From Nemertoderma westbladi (taxonomy: Eukaryota > Animalia > Xenacoelomorpha): a stretch of DNA of 64,000 nucleotides. Shown one piece after another: positions 24,022 to 36,609 of the stretch. The notes under the pieces are model-generated. The model was given only the letters and a program-made list of their open reading frames with translations, made no database searches and had not been told where the DNA came from. Numbering within the stretch: position 1 is the stretch's first letter; the number at the start of each line of letters is the position of its first letter. The stretch is from the NCBI GenBank assembly GCA_032718475.1, contig JAUCBJ010005652.1:62001-126000 (forward strand). The letters are read 5' to 3'. Both the position numbers and the translations under genes were made by a program.

Positions 24022-24896
24022 TTACTGTAATATATTGTTACAATATTAATTCAGGATAATGTATTCTGTTACCCTTTATTTGAACTATTTATTTCATGTG
24101 CTCGTTTGTTATATTCAAATTAATATAATGTACAGTAGAAGTTATAGGCTTAATCATAATATCTTGAAGAAAAATAAAACCCTCCATGTTAACTCTATAT
24201 AAATTTTCCCTGGAATAATAATTTCTTGTTTTCAATATAAATTGGCTGAAACGTGCTCGTTTGTGTGCATCCTTCGTGCCAGAAATAATTAACCAACCCG
24301 AATATATAAAAAAAGGTTCATGGGGAGTATACCACCCCCCCCCCCCCCCCCCCCCCCCTTAAGCTAGTTTAGCCCTTAAGCTTTAATTTAAACATTAAGG
24401 GAAAGTAACAGGTTGCGGTGGCTGTGGCATAGTTTTCTAACCAAAACAATAAACGATACTTTATTTCACTTGTGATCAATTTGCGGTGAAGATCACTATT
24501 TTCACTTGCATAGTCAATGTACGCCATTATCTGGTATCATAATATTGTAACATAAAATAATGTTAGGCAGTTCTGTGCTCTGAGTTCTTGTGTGTCACAT
24601 GAAACGAAGCCCCGCCTTAAACATTCTTGCCAAGATCTGACAAGAATCCTCAATTACAGTACTAACAAGAATTAACAAAAGTCTCAAATCACACCAAGAC
24701 AAGCCAAGCCAATATCTCTCAATAACCTCCGAAACCCGCGAAGTCTTGGTGACTCTTGGCCACTCCAGACAAAGCCCACCAATAATTACCAAGAGCTCAA
24801 TCAATTCAAACCGCAACTATTGGAGATTCTTGAGAAGAGTTGGCCAATAATTGTGCCAAGTTGTTAAAATGATATGGAATTTGTAAAAAGTACTGT

Positions 24897-27600
24897 ACAT
24901 ACGCGTATGTGCCGTATGTAATGGATTCCTATGGAGAATAATCCGTATGTGATTTTAGAGATTAGGCATTGCGGACCAGTAAGAAGTGCACATCACACAT
25001 GCAGACTGAAGACAGGTAGGCCTACTTAAAGCTAAGTGATTTAAAGCGTGTATCTACCGCTACCTTTTGTCAAATAAACAATGCAGGACAGGTCCATGGA
25101 TGAGTGACAGCCGGTGTCCGCCAGCCCCGGGATGCGCCAGCAGTGCAGTACCTATTAACCATAACTCTTCTTGACGCCGCTTGGAAATCTAACCAACCGT
25201 GATTTATTTTTGAACTGTTTTTCCACCAACCTGGCTATAGAATGTTGTTGGTTGCTACAGTATATATGGCACTAACATAGTATAACATAGCATAGACTGA
25301 TAGAAGCAGCAATGAGAATGCTAAGGGAATAAACATTCGCACGCACATATTGAAAACCATCGTGCCAGTCTGTCCTTCTTTGTGAATTTATTAACATATA
25401 ATATACCTTTACTTTCGCTGTTTCGGGGCCAGTATTTAGTTAACCATAGCAGGCCCTATGCAGCCAAGTGCCAACAAGACAAACCTACTGTAGTGTCAGT
25501 TAGTCAAACCACGGTCAGCGAGTGCAACCGGGTGTCAGTAATTAATCTAAGTCCAACCGGGCGTCCCGTGTCAGTGACGCGTCCCGTGACAATAAAACAA
25601 GCGCTGTGGCGCATCCCGGGGCTGAAGGACATCATCTGTCACTCATCCCGGACCTAAAATGTTTATTTGCCATTAGGTAGCGGCAGCCGCAGTACATACA
25701 GGATAAAACTGAAGCAATTACAACTGCTCACATACAGCAACAATCAAGACTTACCTGGCAAACTGTAAATGAGGTATCTGGTCGGATAAGTTGTGCAAAG
25801 GGGCGCCTCAAAGCCGATAGTCCTGAAGAACGTGTTGGGAAGTGGAAAAATCACTTCAGCAACTTGCTTGGGCAGCCACCAAACATCGAGGTCAGCCCTA
25901 CAAGGAAAATATATGACAAGACACTACCTATACATAGAAACAGGGGACTTCACACCTGCCGAACTCCAAAGAAGCATTAAAAGCATGTCCAATAATAAAG
26001 CGAGTGGATTAGATGAAATCCCAGCGGAGGTATGGAAAACCGGAGTGCTAAATAGACCATTATTGAATGTTTGCAACCGGATGTTAAAAGGGGAAAAGCC
26101 ACCACCAATTTGGACTAAAGGTAAACTAAAACCTCTCCCCAAGAAAGGAGACCTCGGCATACCAACAAACTATCGTGGGATCTGTCTGCTTGTGGTAGCT
26201 GCCAAAATATACAATAAAATGATTCTATATAGGATTAGGCCTCACATAGAGAAACTACTGCGTAAGAGCCAAAACGGATTTCGACCAAGTAGATCAACAA
26301 TAGCTCAGATACTTGCACTACGGAGACTGATTGAAGGAATAAAGTCAAAGAATCTCCCCGCAGTCATGACTTTTGTGGACTTCAAGAAGGCATTCCACTC
26401 CATCCATAGAGGTAAAATGCTTGAAATCCTAAGAGCTTATGAAATACCAGAAGTAATTGTTGCTGGCATTGGATTGCTATATTGTGACACAGAAGCGCAG
26501 GTACTCTCACCAGATGGTGAAACTGAGTTTTTCTCAATCCTAGCTGGCGTACTGCAAGGTGACACATTAGCACCATTACTATTTGTAGTAATTGTGCTGG
26601 ATTACGCAATGAGGACGGCCACAAAGGGTGAAGATCTGGGATTCACACTTCAAGAACGCAGAAGTAGTAGATATCCGGCAACTACAGTCACAGACACCGA
26701 CTTTGCGGATGACATCGCCCTGCTCTCTAACCTGACGCTAGCAGATGCACAGCTTCTACTAAATAAAGTGGAGAGGGCTGCTAAGGAGGTTGGATTGCAT
26801 ATAAATGCTACCAAGACCGAATTCATGACCTTTAATGTTGATGGAAACTTGACAACCATTGATAATAATCAACTAAGGAAGGTCGATGACTTCCAGTACC
26901 TTGGATCATGGATAGAGAGTAGCAAAAAGGACATAGAAGTTAGGAAAGCAAAGGCTTGGGTAGCTCTATCAAAAATGGATACCATCTGGAAATCAGATCT
27001 TTCGAGCCACAGTGGAAAGTGTATTTTTATACGGGGGTGAGACCTGGACACTGACTAAATCACTTGAACAACGAATTGATGGTTGCTACACAAGACTACT
27101 AAGGGCAGCCCTAAACATCTGCTGGAGACAACACATGACAAACGCCGAGCTTTATGGTACAATACCACCTGTATCAACCACCCTCCGTGAACGCAGATTA
27201 AGATTCAGTGGGCACTGCTGGCGAAGTAAAGACGAGGTCATACCAGATCTACTTCTCTGGCAACCAACTCATGGAAAGCGCAGTCGTGGACGACCTGCCA
27301 TAACATATATAGATTAACTTGAAAGGGATACTGAACTTGGGAGAAACGAAATTGCGACAACTATGGAGAATCGGGAAGCCTGGAAGGATCTCATTTCCAC
27401 TGTCCGAGTTCGCTCGACTTAGTAGTAGTAGTAGTAGCGGCAGCCGCACTCTTTAAATCATATCGCTTTTAAGTAGGCCTACCTGTCTTCAGTCTGCATG
27501 TGTGTTGTGCACTTCTTACTGGTTCGCAATGCCTAATCTTTAAAATCACATACGGATTATTCTCCATAGGAATCCATTACATACGCACATACGCGTATGT
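24897..27600. mobile_element. MITE-like element with ~145-bp inverted arms, interrupted by an RTE LINE
   Basis: 24897-25040 is the reverse complement of ~27465-27600; outer ends and TSD not resolved. Confidence 0.7.
25692..27433 (+). mobile_element. 5'-truncated RTE-clade LINE (RT, frameshifted), (TAG)n tail, 15-bp TSD
   Basis: ORFs 25793-27040 and 27012-27317 (NYRGICL, GVLQGDTLAP, FADD, RLRFSGHC); TSD GTAGCGGCAGCCGCA at 25677-25691 and 27434-27448. Confidence 0.92.
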
Positions 27601-28160
27601 GCATACGGATACGGCAAATGCATACGGATACGGATATAGATACGGCGAAAAGTTATACCCAATAAATAGCCTGTTGTGTCAACTGATTGTTTGTTTTTAT
27701 AGCATGTTTATTAGTTGATTGTTTATGTGTCTACTGATTGTCTGTTATTGGCCAATAAATAGCCTGTTGTATCAACTGATTGTTTGTTTTTATAGCATGT
27801 TTATTAGTTTATTGTTTATGTGTCAGCTGATTGTTTGTTATTGGCCAATAGAATGTCATCTGAAAGTTTTTAGTGTTGATGATTGTTATCTTGTAATAGT
27901 ATTGCCCTCTTCCAATAAAGTCTTAACGAAAGAAACAATTGGAAAACATAACATTTTAATTTTTAATAGATTAAATTAACATTAAACACTAAAATTAGAC
28001 AAGATTTGGTGTTGATGGATTCGAAATAAACATTCAGATTTAAATTAATATTAACCAAATTCTTATAATCGTACTTTGTAAGTTATCTATGTAATAATAA
28101 TATAATAGACTGCACGCACACCGTATGTGAGTATCCACAATGGAGGCTGTTAACTGTAAC

Positions 28161-28730
28161 CAGACATCCCACTCAAAACAAAAAAAAAACGCAGCCAACT
28201 TCAAAAAAACGCAGCATCGAAATGTGCCCTACACCCCTATGTCAGTCCCACACCCACTACACTCGTCGACGCCCCCCCCCCCCCCCCCCCCCCCAGTCCC
28301 ACACCCACTACACTCGTTACCCCGATAGCCGATCACAAGGAAGCATACCAAATGAGGAGACAGAGGGCAGGAGGGAATCCGTACTCTGCAGACAGCACTC
28401 ACTATGTACATTGTCCAATGTCTAACTGTACTGTAGGGATCCGCCATCCATCCGGTATTTAGCTGATTCAGACAGAGCGTTGCGTTGCTAGGATACTGTT
28501 CCATTGACCATTACTGCATTAACTATCTATTGTTAAATAAATAAAAAATAAACTTAAAGTCTTTTTTTAAGTTCTAACAAATTTGGATTATGTGTATTTT
28601 ATTTACAAATATACTCAACATTTCAAGAAAAAAACGCAGGATTGGCATGTTTTCGAAAAAAAAAGTGGCTTTAGCGCAAGCTGTGAGAGAAAAACGCATT
28701 GCGTTAAAAACCGCAGCAGTGGGATGCCTG
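28161..28730. mobile_element. hAT-like MITE (570 bp)
   Basis: TIR CAGACATCCCACT/AGTGGGATGCCTG (1 mismatch); 8-bp TSD ACTGTAAC/GCTGTAAC; AAAAACGCA subterminal repeats. Confidence 0.75.
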
Positions 28731-29228
28731 GCTGTAACCTAAATTAATCCAGCGATTAGACCTCGACATTATTAGTATCCAAACACCATTTAGACCTCGA
28801 ACGAAAGTTTAGATTCAGAAAATAGTAAAGAAAAAAAGTCGAAAAGTAAGTAAATAATGTGTAGGCGTATATGAATGAATACAATATAAATCCAGAATTC
28901 CTAAGTAAAATAGCACAATAGGTTGCAATCGTATTATATATTAAATGTGTTTTTAAATTAATTAAATAATTACTAAATTATTAAATTGAAACATTTAGAA
29001 AGTTTAGATTGTTAAAATATTTAGAGCGTAAGTATCAAACAACCGTAATATTTCGATGAAAGTGAAAGGGGGTGTAGGTGTGGGTGTGATTGCAGAGCAG
29101 GGTTGAGTTGAAGGTTTGAAATACCCTTTTAAGACATTGTTCGCCAAGGCCAACTATTATCTCAATACAAAAAATATAGAGGTCCAAAGTCAATCTAACG
29201 CCCAATTACAAATAAAAATAAACAGTGA

Positions 29229-31800
29229 CAGTACCACAGCGCCTCAACGTTGTTACCTAACTGCCCCACCAGCAGTACCACAGTGCCACTAGAGGTTACC
29301 TAACTGTCCAGCCAGCAGTACCACAGTGCCACTAGAGGTTACCTAACTGCCCCACCAGCAGTACCACAGTGCCACTAGTGGTTACCTAACTGTCCCACCA
29401 GCAGTACCACAGTGCCACTAGAGGTTACCTAACTGTCCAGCCAGCAGTACCACAGTGCCACTAGTGGTTACCTAACTGTCCCACCAGCAGAACCACAGTG
29501 GCACTATTGGTTACCTAACTGCCCCACCAGCAGTACCACAGTGCCACTAGTGGTTACATAACTGTCCCACCAGCAGTACCACAGTGCCACTAGAGGTTAC
29601 CTAACTGTCCAGCCAGCAGTACCACAGTGCCTCTAGTGGTTACCTAACTGCCCCACCAGCAGTACCACAGTGCCACTAGTGGTTACCTAACTGTCCAGCC
29701 AGGAGTACCACAGTGCCTCTAGTTGTTACCTAACTGCCCCACCAGCAGTCACAGTGCCTCTAGTGAGTGGTTACCTAACTGTCCAGCCAGCAGTACCACA
29801 GTGCCACTAGTGGTTACCTAACTGTCCCACCAGCAGTACCACAGTGCCACTAGTGGTTACCTAACTGTCCAGCCAGCAGTACCACAGTGCCACTAGTGGT
29901 TACATAACTGTCCCACCAGCAGTACCACAGTGCCACTAGAGGTTACCTAACTGTCCAGCCAGCAGTACCACAGTGCCACTAGTGGTTACATAACTGCCCC
30001 ACCAGCAGTACCACAGTGCCTCTAGTGGTTACCTAACTGCCCCACCAGCAGTACCACAGTGCCTCTAGTGGTTACCTAACTGCCCCACCAGCAGTACCAC
30101 AGTGCCTCTAGTTGTTACCTAACTGCCCCACCAGCAGTCACAGTGCCACTAGTGGTTACATAACTGCCCCACCAGCAGTACCACAGTGCCACTAGTGGTT
30201 ACCTAACTGTCCAGCCAGCAGTACCACAGTGCCACTAGTGGTTACATAACTGCCCCACCAGCAGTACCACAGTGCCTCTAGTGGTTACCTAACTGCCCCA
30301 CCAGCAGTCACAGTGCCTCTAGTGGTTACCTAACTGTCCAGCCAGCAGTACCACAGTGCCACTAGTGGTTACCTAACTGTCCCACCAGCAGAACCACAGT
30401 GGCACTATTGGTTACCTAACTGCCCCACCAGCAGTACCACAGTGCCACTAGTGGTTACATAACTGTCCCACCAGCAGTACCACAGTGCCACTAGAGGTTA
30501 CCTAACTGTCCAGCCAGCAATACCACAGTGCCTCAAATGGTTACCTAACTGTCCCACCAGCAGTACCACAGTGCCACTAGTGGTTACCTAACTGTCCAGC
30601 CAGCAGTACCACAGTGCCACTAGTGGTTACATAACTGCCCCACCAGCAGTACCACAGTGCCTCTAGTGGTTACCTAACTGCCCCACCAGCAGTCACAGTG
30701 CCTCTAGTGGTTACCTAACTGTCCAGCCAGCAGTACCACAGTGCCACTAGTGGTTACCTAACTGTCCCACCAGCAGAACCACAGTGGCACTATTGGTTAC
30801 CTAACTGCCCCACCAGCAGTACCACAGTGCCACTAGTGGTTACATAACTGTCCCACCAGCAGTACCACAGTGCCACTAGAGGTTACCTAACTGTCCAGCC
30901 AGCAGTACCACAGTGCCTCAAATGGTTACCTAACTGTCCCACCAGCAGTACCACAGTGCCACTAGTAGTGGTTACCTAACTGTCCAGCCAGCAGTACCAC
31001 AGTGCCACTAGTGGTTACATAACTGTCCCACCAGCAGTACCACTGTGCCACTAGTGGTTACCTAACTGTCCCACCAGCAGAACCACAGTGGCACTATTGG
31101 TTACCTAACTGCCCCACCAGCAGTACCACATTCCCACTAGTGGATACCTAACTGTCCAGCCATCAGTACCACAGTGCCACTAGTGGTTACATAACTGCCC
31201 CACCAGCAGTACCACAGTGCCTCTAGTGGTTACCTAACTGCCCCACCAGCAGTCACAGTGCCTCTAGTGGTTACCTAACTGTCCAGCCAGCAGTACCACA
31301 GTGCCACTAGTGGTTACCTAACTGTCCCACCAGCAGAACCACAGTGGCACTATTGGTTACCTAACTGCCCCACCAGCAGTACCACAGTGCCACTAGTGGT
31401 TACATAACTGTCCCACCAGCAATACCACAGTGCCACTAGTGGTTACATAACTGTCCCACCAGCAGTACCACAGTGCCACTAGAGGTTACCTAACTGTCCA
31501 GCCAGCAGTACCACAGTGCCTCTAGTGGTTTCCTAACTGCCCCACCAGCAGTACCACAGTGCCACTATTGGTTACCTAACTGTCCAGCCAGCAGTACCAC
31601 AGTGCCACTAGTGGTTACATAACTGCCCCACCAGCAGTACCACAGTGCCACTAGTGGTTACATAACTGTCCCACCAGCAGTACCACAGTGCCTCTAGTGG
31701 TTACCTAACTGTCCAGCCAGCAGTACCACAGTGCCACTAGTGGTTCCCTAACTGCCCCACCAGCAGTGCCACAGTGCCACTAGTGGTTCCCTAACTGCCC
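29229..31800. repeat. 43-bp minisatellite (~60 units) with higher-order structure, overlapping the hexosaminidase stop codon
   Basis: CAGTACCACAGTGCCACTAGTGGTTACCTAACTG(T/C)CC(C/A)(A/G)CCAG tandem. Confidence 0.97.
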
Positions 31801-33510
31801 CGCCACTGCAATTGCGTCGTTTTTATTAAGATTCGAAAGTTCTTTCTGCCTTATAGACTCGCATTGTTCGAGAATGGCCTGTAGTTGCTTGGCAACTGGT
31901 TCTACGTAAGATTCAATCAATTCATCGATGTGATAAACCGGCATAAAGTCGACTAGAGCCGATCGGGTTAGAGTCTCTGTAGCAGAGAGCAACTCGACGA
32001 AATGTTTAGCTTTACGTTGTAGGTCGTCAACACGAAGCAGATTGATTTGGTTGCGTTTGAGTTTGGCGGGATTCAGCCAGCCAGCCACGTATTGGCCGTG
32101 GACGAAGTCCTTAGAGCGGTGCAGATAGCGGTTCAGATCAACTACAATCTGGTAGATATTGGCGCCCGGGAAATCGCCGACGCCGGAAGATCCGTCGTCC
32201 AGTTCCATGGATTCTAGACGGAGCGGGTTGAGGAAACCCAGCGATCTGGAGACCTCCTCGTGGAGTTGGTTGGTAAAGCAACCGGTGTCCAGAGCTCGGA
32301 GACATACAACCAGCGAGGGGACAGACACCGGTAGCAACTCGCACTGGATCGCGAAGTGGTCGTAGCGAGACCAGCCGGTGAGCGCGACTCCGCGGAAATC
32401 GATCGAGTGCGGAAGCTCGTTGACGACGTTCAACCAGAGGACCTGCGGGACGACTTGGTTGAGAATAGGAGTGGTTAGTTTGTCGCTGTTTGTGGACCCT
32501 TTGAAGCAACTGGCGCCCCAGACGCGAGGGAACACAGCCGCGTAGTTGGCCCACATGTTGGGCGGGTAGAGTTGCTTGTGGTTGTACCAGCGGTAGTTCC
32601 AGACCATCGGCTCGACCAGGCGACCCAGATCGAGTTGTTTCATTGCGTCAACAGAGGCCGTGCGAATCATATCGTCCCAGATTATCGGTGTGACGCGTTT
32701 CTCGCGAACGTATTTGGCTACGGTTACGACGTGGTTGAGAAAGAACAGCGTTTTATCGCCGTGGAATGTTTCACGTAGAACTCGCTGTGTCAGCTCGTTC
32801 TCCGCAATGTTATAAACTTCGTCGCAGCCGATGTGAAGGTATTTAACAGCGGGATGCATCGCAAGGATTTGATCTATTATAGTTTCTATGAGTCTCTGAG
32901 ATTCGTCCAAACTTGGGTTTATTACCATCGAGTACAACGGCACTTCCCTAAGATGCGCGAATTTACCGTGTTTCAGAACGAATTCCATGTGACCGTAAGT
33001 CTGGATCAACGGAATAACATCCAGGTTGTGAGCGGCGGAGAGTTCTAGTATCTCTGCGATATCGGCGCTCTGGTAGGCGTGTTTAGCTGATAAGACGGAA
33101 AGTTCTCCGGAATACGGAAAAGTATCTTCGTACTCTATCAGTAAACCGGTTGCTCCCCATTGGGATAAGTAAGGAATTATCTTCCTGAGATAAGAAATAC
33201 TAGGGGGAGATCCTTTTAAGTCTAGATGTACGAGTTTATGTTTATCTTTCATTAAATCGGGTTTGGATTCGCATTTAATGTCAACGTCCATCTTACAGTT
33301 TGTGTCTCCGTACTTTACGAACCGCCCTCTGTTGGAGTCCGGACTGGTGGACGCGACTGACGTGCTGTGGGAGATCGACTTACTAAGATTATTGTGTGGG
33401 AAGGTCAACTTCTCATTAGCGATCGATGTGTACCCGAAATAACTTACTGAAGAAAACACAATGATAGCCCCCAATAGTTTGAGATAAAACTGCAACCCTC
33501 TTCTCCTCAT
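31780..33510 (-). CDS. HEXDC: GH20 hexosaminidase D-like protein with N-terminal signal anchor, single exon
   Basis: LVHLDLKGSPP, GATGLLIEYEDTFPY, PLIQTYGHMEFVLK, catalytic HIGCDEV, WDDM, LTGWSRYDHF; hydrophobic N-terminus. Confidence 0.92.
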   Translation of the reverse strand: MRRRGLQFYLKLLGAIIVFSSVSYFGYTSIANEKLTFPHNNLSKSISHSTSVASTSPDSNRGRFVKYGDTNCKMDVDIKCESKPDLMKDKHKLVHLDLKGSPPSISYLRKIIPYLSQWGATGLLIEYEDTFPYSGELSVLSAKHAYQSADIAEILELSAAHNLDVIPLIQTYGHMEFVLKHGKFAHLREVPLYSMVINPSLDESQRLIETIIDQILAMHPAVKYLHIGCDEVYNIAENELTQRVLRETFHGDKTLFFLNHVVTVAKYVREKRVTPIIWDDMIRTASVDAMKQLDLGRLVEPMVWNYRWYNHKQLYPPNMWANYAAVFPRVWGASCFKGSTNSDKLTTPILNQVVPQVLWLNVVNELPHSIDFRGVALTGWSRYDHFAIQCELLPVSVPSLVVCLRALDTGCFTNQLHEEVSRSLGFLNPLRLESMELDDGSSGVGDFPGANIYQIVVDLNRYLHRSKDFVHGQYVAGWLNPAKLKRNQINLLRVDDLQRKAKHFVELLSATETLTRSALVDFMPVYHIDELIESYVEPVAKQLQAILEQCESIRQKELSNLNKNDAIAVAGQLGNH

Positions 33511-33849
33511 AACAAATATAAATTGTTGAAATAGGTAGGGGGTTAAAGGGCTACGGCTAAACTAGACCTACTATACTTTGTTGATTACTAGTGGAACTGA
33601 TTGATAAAAACTGGCGTTAGCGGTACGTACATCGGTCGCTATGGCACAACAATGTGTACAGTATACCTGTATACAGGTATAGGCTTACCTGTATTCAGAT
33701 GGAAAGTGAAATAATAACTTTCGGTATGGTATGGAGCGAGCACGAGATATGGTATATCAATATCAGTATTCAGGTTAGCAATTGCAAAACTCTTCCTATA
33801 GTAGTAGTAGTCCAGGAGTCTACTAAAACATAATAATTATGATACTGTG

Positions 33850-34870
33850 TTCCATTGCTTGTCTGACTCGCTTGGCTGGGGTCTCTCAGTGAGGTGAGAG
33901 TTTATTCTATTTGGTTGTCTGACTCGTTGGCTGGGGTCTCCCAGTGAGGTGAGAGTTGATTCCATTGGTTGTCTGACTCACTGGCTGGGCTCTCCCAGTG
34001 AGGTGAGAGTTGATTCCATTGGTTGTCTGACTGGCTGGCTGGGGTCTCTCGGGTAGCAGATAGGAGTAGCGCCCAACTCTACCTTCGGGTAGCAGATAGG
34101 ACTACCAATGAGGTGAGAGTTGATTCCATTGGTTGTCTGACTCGCTGGCTGGGGTCTTCCAGTGAGGTGAGAGTTGATTCCATTGGTTGTCTGACTCGCT
34201 GGCTAGGGTCTCCCAGTGAGGTGAGAGTTGATTCCATTGGTTGTCTGACTCGCTTGGCTGGGGTCTCTCAGTGAGGTGAGAGTTGATTCCATTGGTTGTC
34301 TGACTGGCTGGTTGGGGTCTCCCGCAGTGAGATGATAGTTGATTCCATTGGTTGTCTGACTCACTGGCTGGGCTCTCCCAGTAGGTGAGAGTTATTCCAT
34401 TGGTTGTCTGACTCACTGGCTGGGCTCTCCCAGTGAGGTGAGAGTTGATTCCATTGGTTGTCTGACTGGCTGGCTGGGGTCTCTCGGGTAGCAGATAGGA
34501 GTAGCGCCCAACTCTACCTTCGGGTAGCAGATAGGAGTACCAATGAGGTGAGAGTTGATTCCATTGGTTGTCTGACTCGCTGGCTGGGGTCTTCCAGTGA
34601 GGTGAGAGTTGATTCCATTGGTTGTCTGACTGGCTGGTTGGGGTCTCCCAGTGAGATGATAGTTGATTCCATTGGTTGTCTGACTCACTGGCTGGGCTCT
34701 CCAGTAGGTGAGAGTTATTCCATTGGTTGTCTGACTGGCTATGGCTGGGTCTTCCAGTGGAGGTGAGAGTTGATACTATTTGGTTGTCTGACTCGCTGGC
34801 TAGGGTCTTCCAGTGAGGTGAGAGTTGATTCCATTGGTTGTCTGACTGGGGTCTCCCAGTGAGGTGAGAG
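33850..34870. repeat. 54-bp minisatellite with a 435-bp higher-order duplication
   Basis: GATTCCATTGGTTGTCTGACTCGCTGGCTGGGGTCTCCCAGTGAGGTGAGAGTT tandem; a ~60-bp insert recurs at ~34048 and ~34483. Confidence 0.95.
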
Positions 34871-35000
34871 GGATGTTTTATATTCGTTCTACGTTAGAGT
34901 AGTGAGTGTACTTGTGTAATATTGCATTTGTAACCATGTAACATGAAGGACCCCTTTGCAGCCTTGGAAATAAAGCTGCAAAGCTTTAAGGGCAATCCAT

Positions 35001-35237
35001 GTGTCGCAGTGTCCGAGTGGATACGGCGCCTGAACTGCTTACACAATAGTGTTTGTTGGCGCAGGTTCGAATTCGGCTAAGGGGTTTGCAAGACACTTTG
35101 ACTAGTGCTACGCCAACCCACCATAGATGGGAATCTGGCTTTGTTGGGTGCTTGGGTGTTATGATAATAAAAGCGCTTTGAGTATGTCGAGCCTAGAAAA
35201 GTGCTAGACCTATATAAGTAATCAATATTATTATTAT
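35001..35237 (+). mobile_element. tRNA-derived SINE
   Basis: A box TGTCCGAGTGG, B box GGTTCGAATTC, LINE-like tail AAAGCGCTTTGAG…AAAGTGCT and (ATT)n end. Confidence 0.7.
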
Positions 35238-35865
35238 TTTTTGTTTGTGTTGGACAATTAATACATACATTGTTTTGGTGTATATTTGTTATTGTTGTAT
35301 ATAAAAAAAATAGGCGGGAAATTCAAAAGGTTAGATCCAGTGAAGGAGTGAACTGGAATGGTATTGTGAATTTTCAGAATACGGGACGGGTACCCTACGC
35401 CCTCCTCATGTCTGCATGTACCTACTACTGCTTCCTTACTAACTGTGTAACTGTAGTGTCTGCCGGTCTGACTGTACTACAGTATGCAGTACCGGTACTG
35501 CAGTGCAGTTAGGTTGTAATGTTGTAGTAAACTGTACAACCTGTTGCTTGTAGCTGTAGTCCTGTAGACACTTAGTCAGTTAGACAATAGGAGGTCTACA
35601 CCTACATCCAGACAGCTACACCACCCAGCCACCACGCCTACGCCTATCAGCCTACAGGTTCTAGCCAGACAGCTAGATGCTAGAAGCCAGCTAGCAGTGC
35701 AGTAGCCGTGAATACTGAAATAGTCGAGCCCGTGGTCCGCCGATAGTAGTAGTCGAGTAGTCCGTCGATAGTAGTAGTGATCATACTGTCCTACAAAGTA
35801 CAGTAGGCCTACCGGCTACCCTTTTTAAACTTTGCTATAAACATACTGACAGACTGACCAATAAA

Positions 35866-36609
35866 ATGTTATGTTTTAATATATTTAGATTGCGGGTTGT
35901 TGGCAATAACTCCAAACAAAGCTTTAATTTTAAACAAAAAGTCGTTTATAATTCAACTCAGGGACAGAGATTTTCCTTTGAAAATCGCTCACTATTTGTT
36001 TACATGAACCCGCATACCTGTTATGGTAGTTTATATAAAGCGTTTAAAATCGGCGGAGTCTATTCAATAACAAAAAGGAACTTTGCGAATACTGATGATG
36101 ATGTGGAGGAAAACATTGCCGACAATGATGACGAAGAAGATGACCTGGAAGTAGATGATGTGGGGCCGGTAATCGAAAAGGATCCGCGGTTCGCTGGTAT
36201 TCCTTCCTACGATAAAATCAATGTGAGGCTTCAGGGTCATGACTTCCCTGTATTGGAAAACTATTGTCGATTTATTGAGCGGCAAGTTCCCAAACGTTTA
36301 CCTGGTATATATATAGAGGAAATATTTCCTCTTCCAACTAAATTATTGGCAATGAGTTACTTACCAATAGGCGGGGTAAAAATGGAGAACGTTAATTTGA
36401 AGTTGCACGAACGGGTTGTAACTGTGGTCGATCTTCCCACAATAATTGGCCCCATTTTAATAGAGTTTCTCCAATGCAATCTCCCTGAAGGTGTTTCCAT
36501 GCTAATCGAACATTATAATGATTCCTTGTCGGAGCAACGCTATAAGAGTGAAGATGAATTAATTAGAGAGATATCAATGATTGCTGATACTGAAAAGTTT
36601 TTCAAATGA
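35866..36609 (+). CDS. MRPL48: Mitochondrial ribosomal protein mL48 (S10-like fold), single exon
   Basis: INVRLQGHDFPVLENY…PLPTK…HERVV…LQCNLPEGV pattern recalls MRPL48; basic N-terminal presequence-like region. Confidence 0.85.
   Translation: MLCFNIFRLRVVGNNSKQSFNFKQKVVYNSTQGQRFSFENRSLFVYMNPHTCYGSLYKAFKIGGVYSITKRNFANTDDDVEENIADNDDEEDDLEVDDVGPVIEKDPRFAGIPSYDKINVRLQGHDFPVLENYCRFIERQVPKRLPGIYIEEIFPLPTKLLAMSYLPIGGVKMENVNLKLHERVVTVVDLPTIIGPILIEFLQCNLPEGVSMLIEHYNDSLSEQRYKSEDELIREISMIADTEKFFK

Noticed and set aside
29229-31800. CRISPR-like array (also considered for the 42-bp and 54-bp arrays)
   Set aside because: Units are head-to-tail with no unique spacers, there are no cas genes, and the context is eukaryotic.
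34023-34766. Repetitive ORFs on both strands
   Set aside because: Products of the 54-bp tandem repeat.
35001-35085. tRNA-Ser/Leu gene
   Set aside because: A and B boxes are present but I cannot form a complete cloverleaf, and it is followed by a SINE-type body and tail.
35866-36609. MRPS10/uS10 assignment
   Set aside because: The HERVV and LPEGV motifs fit mL48, which shares the S10-like fold, better than uS10.
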